This document shows, one piece after another, positions 14,001 to 26,199 of a DNA stretch of 64,000 nt. Made by a program: the position numbers and the translations under genes. The notes under the pieces are model-generated. The model searched no databases. It saw nothing but the letters and a program-made list of their open reading frames with translations, and was not told where the DNA came from. Source of the DNA: Geosiphon pyriformis uo1 (lineage: Eukaryota > Fungi > Glomeromycota); the NCBI GenBank assembly GCA_016748015.1, contig JAAOMT010000429.1, forward strand, positions 62,001 to 126,000, given 5' to 3'. Within the stretch, counting starts at the first letter, position 1; each line of letters begins with the position of its first letter.

Positions 14001-15166
14001 TCCATAAAAAAGCAACTATAGAAAGAACCAGAAAAAGATACTATTGGCCATCAATGTATCTGAATATTATTCAATATGTTCAAAATTGTGATGCTTGTCA
14101 AAAAACAAGTGAAACAAAACCCAGTAAACCATTGAGACCAATCAAAATAGGACAACCATTTGATTGTATTAGAATTCACTTAGTTGGACCATTAACAATA
14201 ACCAGCAGAGACAACAGATATATTGCAGTAGCCATGGACTATCTTACTAAATGGCCAGAAGCAAAAGCCATTTAAAGAGCAGATGCAGAATTCATTGCCA
14301 AATTTGTTCATCAAAATTTGATTTGTCAACACGGATGTTCAAAAAAACTACTATTAGATCAAGAAACTCACTTTGTGAATAGAACACTAGCAGAATTAAG
14401 TCAAAGATTTGGAATCAAAAAACCATTATTATCACCATACCATCCACAAACAAATGAGTTAGTAGAGAGATTTAACAGAACATTGTGTAAAGCTATTGTC
14501 AAAATAAGCCAAGAAAATTAGGACAAATGGGATTTGATTATATCATCAGTATTATTTGCTTATTGGACAATGAAGCAAAATACTATATAAGCAATACTAT
14601 TTGAATTAGTATACAGTAGAACAGCAATATTACCAGTTGAGATAGAAGTAAAAACATATCCAACATAGCCAATAACAGAAGAGAATTTTCAAAGAACATT
14701 ATTAAGAAGAACATATAATTTAATGGAGACACTAGAAAAAACATGGCAAAGAGCAGCTAATAACATCCAAAGATCACAAAAAAAACAAAAAAAAAACACA
14801 ATAACCAACTACCAGAGAAACCAGTTGAATTCAAAATTGGAAACAAAGTACTTCTATATTGTACTAAAGCGGAAAAACAATGGAGTGGAAAATTTGACCC
14901 CAAATGGGACAGACCATTTCACATAGAAAAAATTCTTGAAAATAGAGCTTATAAATTAAGGTTGAACAACAAAATCTTAATCAAAGCAGCACATGGTAAT
15001 CGACTGAAAAAATATTACCATATAGCATTATCATTCACCAGTAATATTCCACAATTAGAAGTACAGAAAATACTAGTCAAACCAAATAAGATTCTACAAG
15101 ATTTAGAACCAATTATAATCATTGACCCAAACATGTAAAAGTAAACACCAAAGAGTATATAAAAAC

Positions 15167-15835
15167 ATGATAAACATGACAAAAGACAGCAGAAAATGGA
15201 GATTACTGACAGCATTCACTCACTAGCACAACAACTCTTTCAACTAATCTAACAACAGAAAATAGAAATTACAATCAACCAACAAACTATCAAATACACA
15301 ACTACCAGAAAAAAACCACAAAATAAAAATATGAAAAAAAACAAAAAACACTGTTGACAAAATAATCACAAAAGTAAAAGTGGCCATAGAAACACAACCA
15401 AAAGTCACCCAATACTAAGAGTTGATTATAGAAACTTGGAATTAGTGGATACAACAATTTCCAAAAAACTTTTGTTACTTCTACTTGGGACAATACTTGA
15501 ACATTCAAAATTTATACATGAATAAAACAAAACAATTATTCAACACAACAATACTGCAACAACTGAAACAATTTGTGGGAAAGAAAAATTTGGTAACACA
15601 AGCAAGAGCCATTTATCGGCTACACACTGGATTTCAAAATCGACCAGAAATCTTACTCAATGCAGAAATGAATACTGTTACTATTAATCAAATGGAAAAA
15701 ATAACCAATGCTCAATTTGAGGAGTTACAAAACAAGATAACACAAATAATTCTTGAAAAAGAAGTTCAAAAAATACTCAAAACCAGAGAATTAGAGCTAA
15801 AAAATTTGAAAAATCTTGACAGAGCTCAATATTAA
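15167..15835 (+). pseudogene. ORF3 of E2
   Basis: ATG 28 nt after the pol stop; MEITDSIHSLAQQLFQL...LVTQARAIYRLHTGFQNRPEILLN...ITNAQFEELQ...DRAQY* (ORF 15485-15835). Confidence 0.82.
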
Positions 15836-15848
15836 AAGGAGAAAATAA

Positions 15849-16691
15849 TGTTACTCATAGAATATAGGAAGTATATTAGTATATAAATTAGCCAATCAGA
15901 AGTAACTATAGTAAATGTGGAATTCCAGGATTTCTCTTAAAGAAATTGCAGGATTCCAGGAATTTTAGAATTCTCATACAAAGAATTACAGGATTCTAGA
16001 ATTCCAGGATTCTTCTCAAAGAAATTACAGGATTCCAGAAATTCTAGGATTCCTGGTGTGAAGAATTAAGAAATTGAGAAATTTCAATTATGTATATATA
16101 ATGGTAGTTAAAAATGGAAAAGAGAGACCTCAGAGTTTAGACTTGATCTAAGTGACCTTTCAACTCACAAATATCAATAAATAATTATTTTTTATCTCAA
16201 ATTCACTCTCCACTATCAACACTTTATGTTGATAGTAATTAATACTTAACTATACTAGAAAAATAGCTCTTGATTATGGCTATTAACAGAATACTAACCA
16301 TTATTGCTTTGGCTTATTTCTTGTTTCTTGTTTTTTTTATTTTTATTTCTTTTTTTTTGTTGTTATTTACTAATTGATTAAAAGATTAAAGTGCTAAAAT
16401 ACAAACATCATAGGGATTAGTAAAAGATTCATGAAACAAGAGTAGAACATTCATAAATTTGAGAATAGCTTACTAGAAGAATTACCAGCTATTATACTGA
16501 GAAAAAATTCGATGGAATTGCAATTCTGGGAGACTACTGAAACAACTATTAAATCTTTGTCTATTATACAAAAGACTTAACCAAAATCTTCAGATTACAG
16601 AAACCTTCAGATACCAACACCAATATATCAATTGAACACCAAGTTATGAGTTTGTTATTTGCTTTGAGAACCCAAATAATCACCTGTAACA
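15849..16691 (+). repeat. 3' LTR of E2 (843 bp)
   Basis: Follows PPT AAAAGGAGAAAA; TGTTACTC...CCTGTAACA; right flank ATGT leads into E4 gag. Confidence 0.93.
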
Positions 16692-19600
16692 ATGTTAAAA
16701 ATACTATTATCTAGAGTATTATTTCAAAATAACCAAAAAAAAGCCAAATTATTAGAAACTTATGACAATTTTTTTGAAAGATTTAAATTATAACCAACAA
16801 TACTATTAAGACTTAAATCACTGCCATCTTAACCAAATTTTGGATTTATCAGTAATTGAACAGACATTAATTTAGAAAAAAAAGATAGTAATCAAGAAAA
16901 TAATAATTAAAACCCAATTTCAAATAACCTAGAAATCATAACTTCAATTGTTTAAACCCAATCAAATTTAAACAATTCAAATCTTGTTTCTATTATTTTA
17001 CAAAACTTATTTCCAGTAATTCTGATTTATTAATCATCAGTAGTACCAATTACTACTCAGTAATAATTATAACAACCATAATTATTACTTGTACTAATAG
17101 CATATATATTAATTATTAAACTTGAGAAATTCACTAGCAAAGAAAACAATGCTCAAGCATGATTCAATAATATAACAAAAGCCATCATAACCAATAAATA
17201 GAACAAAGCCAGAGCTTTTTAAGCCATTTCATACTTTTTACAAAATACAGCCAATTTGTAGTACTAGAATCTTGTAAACAAACTTTAAGATTTTGACATG
17301 TTCAAAACTGTATTTCTATAATATTTCAGCAATAACAATAGTATCAATTACTTATTAACTAGCTTTATCACCATCAAACAAGATAATACTAAAGCAGTTA
17401 TTACTTACTTAAGACACTTTTACAGAAATTTGCACCAAATTTAAGCAATTAATGCTAATTACTTTATAGTACTACAGATCTTAAACTAATTTATTCACAG
17501 TTTATATAACAGTTTGCTCCAAGACACAGTTATATATGCCAAAGATTTTGAATTAGTTGAACTCAAAACCAACTATATCCAAACTGTAAATTTAGTAATA
17601 AACAGATTATCTGAATTAGATTCTAAGTTAAAACAATTTAATAACTTTATTAATCAAAAATTAGAAAAATACTTAACTAACAATTAAGCTATTTATTAGC
17701 CTTTACAATATTATAAAAATCAAGAAAACTCTAATTATTTCCAAAATCAATTATGTTTATCATAATTATTGGCAAATCAATCATAACAGCAAAAAATGCA
17801 TAATTGCTACAATTGTAGTAAATAAAGTTATTTAAAAGCAAATTGCCACTTTAGATTTAACAATTTATGATTAGAAAACCAATATAAAAACCCCAATTAC
17901 AGATTTTAAACTCCAAATTATACTCAAAATTAGGAACAATATTAGCATTAAAACTTATATTAACCAATAATACAACAATTAATATATATATCTTTTATTT
18001 ATCAAGCTCTAATACTTGTAATTTATTAACTACTACAGCCACAAATAATTTATTAATCCAAAATACTGTGCCAATATTAACCAAAAATTCAAGGCTGAAA
18101 ATTACTTACACTTAGCAGAATTGAAAATTGGTTATACTAATATATTAACTAATTTTTAGTTCATTAAACCAGGTATTAGAATTATGCCAGTAAAGTTTAA
18201 AAAGTGGATACACCCAAAACCCGAATTTCCAGAGCCATTTAAGTCTTTTGGTTACTTCAAAAAACACTTAATTCAATCATTTAGAATTACTAATACAACC
18301 ATTAACTAACAATATCTTATTAGTAACTATTACCAAAAACAAATTACTAATCACTATCTTTCCATTTAAGTTAAAAGATTAATTAGAAACTCCATTATTC
18401 AATAAAACTATCCTTATTGCCAAATTCATTACTATTATGTATACTAATGCTAAAGTCAATGGCCAATCTATTAAGTTAATTTTTAATAGCAAATTAACAG
18501 ACAGTATTATCCTATGACAACTTATGGGCCAATTAGGTTGCCAAGTTAATTAAGCTATTAGTACCAAAATTATTATTATTAATAAGATAACTAAAATTCT
18601 TATTGGCAAAATTGATAACTTCCTTTTTGAAGTTAACAGTATTATTGCATCTATTAAAGTTTTTGTTATAAAAGTCATGTAATATTAAGCTTTTATTGGT
18701 AATAACTGGCTGTCTAAAACTAATACTATACTTAACTAGAATATTTAAAAGCTACAGCTTAGTCAAAATGGTTAGCATATTTAGATACTAGCTACCTGCA
18801 GTTATTTTAAAACAATCTAAATACAACTACTAATAGAACTTAAAAAAAAAACAAACAGATCTATTTAAAAAGCCTATCAAGTCTTGTAAACAAAAAACAA
18901 ACACAATAAACTGCCACTAATTTTCACTTGAAAAAACAAAGAAAAAGGAAAAAAAGAAAACAAATCTTAAAATATTACCACTACCATAAAAATAGCCAAC
19001 AGTTAGCATAAACTCTAATCAATTCCAAAACCAAAAAAACTATCACTCTATATCTTACTTAGATATAAAAACTACAAAAAAAAGCTTTTATTTATAGAAG
19101 TTTGAATTTTACCCAAAAAAACTATAAAACATATATTTGCTACTACTGCAAAGTGTATTATAAAGAATGCTTTGGTTATTTAAAATGACAGAGAAAATAT
19201 TACAATAAATTATGTCTTATTTGCAAAGAAATACTATTCAACAAAAGAATATAAAATAATATTCTTGGTTAAAAAGAAATATATAATATATTGTGTTAAT
19301 ACACAATCTTTATTAATAACTAAATAAGCAGAAGAATACTATTTAACACTATATAAAACAGAGCTCTATTATATTTGGATGGCTATTTATATAATAAAGA
19401 CAAAATTTGACAAATAACAAATATCAAAATTAAAAACACTTTATCTAGTAAGATATTTGTGATCAAAACCAACTTGCCAAAACTTATCAAAACTATTCTT
19501 ATTCCCAATTCAGATATTTTTGTCAACATTATGAGTAATTCAAAACAGTTTTACAAATACTATTAAGATTTAGCACTTATTAGAGAAAAACAAAAGCAGT

Positions 19601-20332
19601 ATTTAAAATAGTTAAATATTAAATACTGTAAATATTGCCTAATTTTCAGTAACTTTAAATATTGTGACAATTGTAATTTTATTTACAATCCACTATTACA
19701 TATAATCTATTTAATCTCCAAAGAAAAAGAACCAATTAGTAGTTGTATTTTGAAATCAGAATTGAAACTTAATTTTAATTCAGATTTTAATAATAATAAC
19801 AACAATAATTCCAACACCATTTATTATAACAACAATAATAACAATAATTCAAACTCTAATTTTAATTTTGAACAATTTATTGTGCTTTTAGATCTTTCAA
19901 AAAGCAAGAACTTAAATAATTTAGCAATAATAACAAAGATAGCATGTTAAAATATACACATAATATTAATACAAGATTTAATCTTAAATATCCAAAAAAA
20001 ACTGCCATCAAATTGAAATCTTATTCATACATTAGCATAAATTTAAAAATAGTACTAAAAATTTTGGCAACAACAATAGTCCAATTAGCATCTAAATTTA
20101 GTTTAGTAAAAAAGAGAATCAATATTAAAAAAAATAATTAACACAAAATATATAGAAAATATTATTATAATATTACAAAATAAATTAGAAAAAGCATATA
20201 TTATTAAACCAAATAAAAAGATAATACAAGCAATATTCTTATCTTTAATAAAAATAACTCAGTTAATATTAGTAAAAACAAGAAAAAAGTCAGAAATTAC
20301 AGCAAAAAAGATAAATGAATTTAGATTTATGG

Positions 20333-21207
20333 TGTTACTCATAGAAATATAAGAAATATATTAGCATGATTATTAGCCAATCAGAAGTAGGCATAGTAAA
20401 TATGGAATTCCAGGATTCCTCTTAGAAATTGCAGGATTCCAGGAATTTCAGGATTTTTTGATGAGGAATTACAGGATTCCAGAATTCCAAGATTCCTCTC
20501 AAAGAAATCACAGGATTCCAGGAATTCCAGGATTCCTGTCATGAAAAATTGAGGAATTGAGGAATCTCAATTATGTATATATAGCAGCAGGATTAGAAGC
20601 TGAAAAGACAGACCTCTCAGTTTAGATTTGATCTAAGCAATCTTTCAGTTCCCAAATATCAAATAAATAATTATTCTATATCTCAATCCACTCTTCACTA
20701 TCAACACTTTATGTTGATAATAATTGATACTTAACCATACTGAAACAATAGCTCTTGATCACGGCTATTGATGGAATACTAATTTACTAAATTGTCTTGA
20801 CTTATTTTCTTTATTTTATTTTCTTTTCTTTCGTTCTTTTCTTTTTTTATGTTGTTTTGTTGTTGTATACTAATTGATTAAGGATTAAAAGCACTGAGTT
20901 ATTGATGTCATGGATAGTCTGATAAAAGACCCAGAAATAAGGGTAGATTTATATATATTATCAGTTAGCTTACCAGAAGGGCACAACTGGCAGAATAAAT
21001 CCGACCACCAAGCTGAGAAAGAAATTAGAAAACAACTGACAACAAATAACAAATTGCCACACTATTGAATCTCTGTCTATTATACAAAGAACTTCATCAA
21101 AACCTTCAAATACAACACTTTTAGAATATCATTGATGGAAATAGCTTTTGAACACCAAGTTACAAGTTTGTTATTTGATTTGAGATCCAGCAAATTCACT
21201 TGTAACA
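20333..21207 (+). repeat. 5' LTR of E3 (875 bp)
   Basis: TGTTACTC...TGTAACA; GGATTCCAGGA-type repeats at ~20404-20536; TATATATA at ~20576. Confidence 0.97.
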
Positions 21208-21209
21208 TT

Positions 21210-21226
21210 TGGTGCTCCCTGTGAGG
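21210..21226 (+). other. Primer-binding site of E3
   Basis: TGGTGCTCCCTGTGAGG, 2 nt after the LTR. Confidence 0.88.
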
Positions 21227-23340
21227 TATAATCTTACAAAAAACCAGCACTGACAACACCAAACCAAAAGTGGCAGAATCAGAAATAATAGAGACAAACC
21301 ATTTAGGATTCGTGAAATCCTTATTTCAACAGTACAGCCAGCAGCTAGGCCTAAACAACAACCATTACCCAACAAAATCAGCTTTCAACTTCTATGTTAA
21401 CAAAAGAATCACAGATTTCCTAGGAAGACCAGTTGACATTGAATCAGCAAGAGAAAATATCTATTTGGAACTAATCCAACACACCAACTTACCAAGAAAT
21501 CACAGCTTTGCACCCATTATCAGAGAAATCAACCAAGAAATTGAAAGATATACACAAAAAACATTCCCTATTACTTACTAGAACAAAGGCAAAGGAAAAC
21601 TACAGACACCAACAGTAACACCCAAAGGAATACAAATTCCTAATTGGAAGAAACAAAGAATTAAATCTCCGATATATCCATCATACTATTACACGCCCGG
21701 AAGTACTATCAACATTGCATCATCAGCAGATGCATCCACCAATACAAAGACACCACTAGCAAAAATTGCATTTCAGAGTAAACAAAAAAAAAATAAACTA
21801 TTAGAAGTATACAGCAATTATTTTGAAGGATTTAAATCAAGATTGCCAACACCATCAGGATTTTGATCACCACCTCATCAGCCAGATTTCAGAACCATCA
21901 GTTCCTGAGAAATTACTGAATCAAAAGAAAATGAAGACGAAGATCAGGAATTTTATTACCAAAACCTGATCCTAGAAGACCCAAACATTCAAACTCAGCA
22001 ATATTTAGAAAATTTGGAAATTGAAACTCTGAATATTCGAATCCCGCCAAATCAAAGAAATCAAAACCCTGAGTTAATTCATCAACAAAACCTATCTCCA
22101 GTAATTGTCATCGATCAACCACCAATTGAGCCAATCAGTGAGCCAATTCAACCATCTCAAGTACCAACAATTGTTACCTCTTTAACAACCACTTCAACAG
22201 CCACCACAACCACCCAACTTAGATCCAATGGCCTACACACCAATCACAAAACTTGACAACTTTACCAGCAAAGAGGATGACACTCAAGTATGGCTGAATG
22301 ATGTAGAAAAGACCATCACAGCCAATGGATGGAATGATGCCCAAGCAATGCAAGCCATTCTTTACTTTCTCAAAGATACTGCCAATTCATAGTACCAGAG
22401 CTTGATTAATAAACCACAAGATTTCAATGCCTTCAAAGTGGAATTCCTAAGATACTTCAGCAACAATAACAGCATCAATCGACTAGTCAACACATTTACC
22501 ACCATAAAACAAGAAGAAACTGAAGCAGTCACCACTTATCTGGGACACTTTCATTAAAATCTGCGCCAAATTCAAGCAATTGATGCCAACTATTTCACAG
22601 CACCACAGATCCTCAACCAGTTTATCTATGGCCTGCGCAGTAGCATCCTGCAACATATACATCTGTTGTATCCAGGCACACTTCAAGACACAGTTATATG
22701 CACCAGAGATTTTGAATCCGTTGAGTCAGAGGCCAACCATGCCCAAGCCATTAATCTAGTAATGAATAGATCATCAGAATTGAATTCCAAATTGAAGAAG
22801 TTTAGTGAATTAATTAATAAGAGATTAGAAGAATACTTAGTTGACAATCACACCATTTATCAGCCTCCACAATGACACAATAATCAAGAAAACTCTAATC
22901 GTGGCCAAAATCAACCATGTCCATCTTCATCAACCAATTAACAGTGGCAACAAAAAACATGTATCTGCCACTATTGTGGTAAACAAGAACATATTCAAAT
23001 TGACTGCTGTTAGCATTTAAATAACCAACAATCGGGAAATCAATATTGAAATCCCAATCACCAATTCTCAACTCTGAATCATCAATCAAACTCAACACAA
23101 TATCAAACTACTTACCTGCCAATGATGTTGCAACCAATCTATCAACCACCAGTATATCAACCTCCAGTTTATCAACCACAGCCACCAGCAATTTATCAAC
23201 AGCAGCCTCCAGTAATTTATCAGCTGCAGCCCCAAATAATTTATCAATCTCAATCATCAATCCAAATACTGCTTCAAAACTCAGCTACAATGACATCAAA
23301 AAACCTGAGACCCAGAATTGCTCAAAATTAGAGATCGGCA
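21225..23340 (+). pseudogene. gag of E3 (capsid-like core, CCHC zinc knuckle, Q/P-rich tract)
   Basis: ..KLDNFTSKEDDTQVWLNDVEKTITANGWND..IKQEETEAVTTYLGHF (retrotransposon gag pattern); CHYCGKQEHIQIDC at 22966-23007; YQPP repeats 23122-23331. Confidence 0.88.
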
Positions 23341-23639
23341 ATGGTTGTTCATCAACCGATTCCCAGCTCCTCTCACCAAAGCTCAGGACCCCGTTCTCAG
23401 AATTTGGATACAGGTGCCACCCAAAACCCAAATTTCCAAAACTATTTAAGTCTTCTGGTTACTCCAGAAAATGCCACACCCAACAACCAGGAACTCGAAC
23501 AAACATCTACCAGCAACATTCCATCTGCCACAATCATGGAAGATGAATCTCTGGATGCCATTTTTTCATTCAAACTCAAAAAACCGTCAATCATGCCATT
23601 ATTCAGTGGAGCCACACTGAAAGAAAAGCCAATTACTGC

Positions 23640-24010
23640 CATATACACTGATGTAAAAATTGATGGCCATTCCATCAAACTAATTCTTGACAGTAATTCA
23701 GCAGGCAGCATTATCACATGACAACCCATAGATCAATTAGGTCACCGAGTTGATCAAGTGGCCAGTGCCAGAATCATCACAGCTAATGGAGTGACCAAGA
23801 CTCCAATCGGCAAAATTGATGACTTACCAATTGAAATTAATGGTATCATAGTACCAATCAAAGTACTCGTTATGGAAGCCACCCAATACCAAGCTCTAGT
23901 TGGTAATAACTGGCTGTCCAAGATGAACGCCACTCTGAACTGAAATACACAAGAGTTTCAACTCAGCCAGAACAGGTGACATATGCGAGTACCAGCAACA
24001 TGTGGCCATT
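23640..24010 (+). pseudogene. Aspartic protease (retropepsin) domain of E3
   Basis: IKLILDSNSAGSII (DSG motif with G>A change) and QALVGNNWL (retropepsin C-terminal motif). Confidence 0.88.
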
Positions 24011-24349
24011 TCAAGGCTACCAACACCATGGCACCACTAATCGACTTCGAGGAAGAGAAACCAAAACCTACCTGGGAAGCCTACCAAGTATTGTGGGCTG
24101 ACGAAGAGCACAATGAGCTGCCACCAATACTCTTTTGGGACAACAACAGAAAAAGAAAGCAAACAAACAAACTTACTTGGGAAACTGATGATCTGACTTG
24201 AACCAATAACGAACAAGAAGAAGCCTCAAGTTGGGAATGGAATGAAGATAAGGGAAAAAGAAAAGAAAAGGAAGAAAGAACGCTACCAACTGCTGCCATT
24301 TATAATTCCTACATCCACCACACTTTACAACAATCTAATTATCGATGGC

Positions 24350-25000
24350 CAAGGCTGATATGCATCGATTGCAGCAAAAAACTGTCGTCAATGGGTGCAT
24401 GCTGTGGCGACAATAAGGAATACCACACTGCAACAAAGTTCTACTGTCATCCATGCTTACTTAAATGCTTTGGATGACCAAAAAGGCAAGGAAAATGGGA
24501 TAACCAATTTTGTCTCACTTGTGGGAAAACTCTGCTAGATAAAGGGATGTGGAATGACATCCCAGGATGTGAAGGAACATGTGATGTGTCATGTTAATAC
24601 ACAATTCTAATAAGTGACTGGATAAGAAAAGGAACCCCAATAGAAGCAGCCTGGAGAAGAGCCGTGTAGTAACTGGACAGTTGTCCACATGACGACGATG
24701 AAATGTGGAGAATAACAATTGCCAAAATAGAAGGAGTGACACCGAAAGAGATCAGAGAAATCAAAAACAACCCATCAGAACCCATCAAGCTTGACTGGGA
24801 CGCAGAACCAGTCATAAATTTTCTGGAACCAGAAGAGTTCCATGAACACTACCAAAACTTGGCACCCACAAGAGAAGAGCAAAAACAACAGCTAGCACAG
24901 TTGAATACAAGATTGTGTTGTCATTGTTTAATTCTCAGTAACTTTAAATATTGTGACAATTGTGACCTCATTTACAATTTACCACCACGCATGATCTACA
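24350..25000 (+). pseudogene. Uncharacterised Cys-rich domain between protease and dUTPase (E3)
   Basis: In frame with PR and dUTPase: CIDC..GACCG..YCHPC..GKWDNQFCLTCG..GTCDVSC..LCCHCLI..YCDNCD; present in all five copies. Confidence 0.75.
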
Positions 25001-25259
25001 CAATCTCTGAAAAAGAAGAACCAATCAGCAGCTGCACATCAGAGTCGGAATCGCTGCTCAATCCTGATTCAAACCCCGACAATGATGACAACAAGAATAA
25101 TAGTTCCAGCTCCGTTCAAAATGGCAATGACAATGACAATGATATCAACTCAAATTCAAACTCTGACTCAAACTATAAACAATATATTGTGCTTCCTAAC
25201 CTCACCAAAGAACAAGAACTGAAATGGTTCAGTGATAATAATAAAGATATTATGTTAGA

Positions 25260-25645
25260 ATGCATGCACAATACTAATGCAGGATTTGATCTGAGATATC
25301 TGAAAACAGAAGCCATCAAATTGGAACCACATATGCACACCTGTATCAATTTGAAAATAGCACTGGAAATTCCAGCAACAACAATAGTTCAATTAGCATC
25401 TAGGAGTAGTTTAGCAAAAAGAAGGATTAATATAAGAGGAGGAATAATTAACATAGAATATGTAGAAAATATTATTGCTATGCTACAAAATGACTCAAAT
25501 AAGGCCTATATAATAAAGCCAAATGAAAAGATAGCACAGACAATATTCTTACTTTTGGTTAAAATAGCTCAGTTAGTACCAGTAGGAAATAGGGAAGAGT
25601 TAGAAATAACAGCAAAAGAGATACAGGGGTTTGGGTCCACAAGTA
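25260..25645 (+). pseudogene. dUTPase domain of E3
   Basis: All five trimeric dUTPase motifs across copies: AGFDL, SRSSLA, GGIIDA(G/E)Y, KIAQ(A/T)IF, (RG)IQGFGST. Confidence 0.92.
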
Positions 25646-26199
25646 GAATAGATGTATCAGTTAATATGGTGGAAGAAGAAATTGTTGGCCAAGGAGAAAT
25701 TATCTCAACTGGTTAAGCTATTTCTATTCCACCATATAGCCAGTACATGCTAACAATAGAAAAAAAAAAAAGAAGCAAGAACAGATTTTTGAAGCTGAAG
25801 CAACTTTTTGTAAATCAGGAGAGATTAAACTGATCAATCTCCACATACCAGCCAAAAGCTATAGTTGCATAAAAATTCCCATTTACAACAATACTGGTGA
25901 GGTCATCAACATACCAGAAAGAACCACCATCGGATATTTAACTACAGAAATAGAAGACCAACCACCAAACTCCATTCCAGACTTTTTACAACTTTGTGAA
26001 TATGTTGATATTACATCACAAACAATCTATAGACAAAACAAATGTTATTTACTCCAATCAGAACAATTGGAACAAATGAACATGGGAAACTTAGATCCAC
26101 TCCAATGTATGCAGCTCAAGATGTTGCTCAAAATGTTGCTCAACAATTTCAAGGACATTTTTGCCAGTAAAAACAAGTTTGGCCGAACTGACATCATCC

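Larger units (their letters stand above)
9766..16691 (+). mobile_element. Ty3/Gypsy copy E2, 3' portion (Cys-rich domain to 3' LTR); its 5' part lies beyond the left window edge
   Basis: Starts mid Cys-rich domain (..GKWDNESCLACGETL..), dUTPase 11260-11829, RT ~12560-13270, RNase H 13332-13625, integrase 13964-15020, pol stop 15136-15138, ORF3, PPT, LTR 15849-16691. Confidence 0.93.

Noticed and set aside
23046-23546. Overlapping 166-aa Ser/Thr-rich ORF
   Set aside because: Alternative frame of the low-complexity YQPP tract; stop-poor by composition.
25760-25772. Programmed ribosomal frameshift at the A-run after dUTPase
   Set aside because: E2 keeps dUTPase and the downstream region in one frame; the A-run looks produced by G>A decay plus homopolymer slippage or sequencing error.
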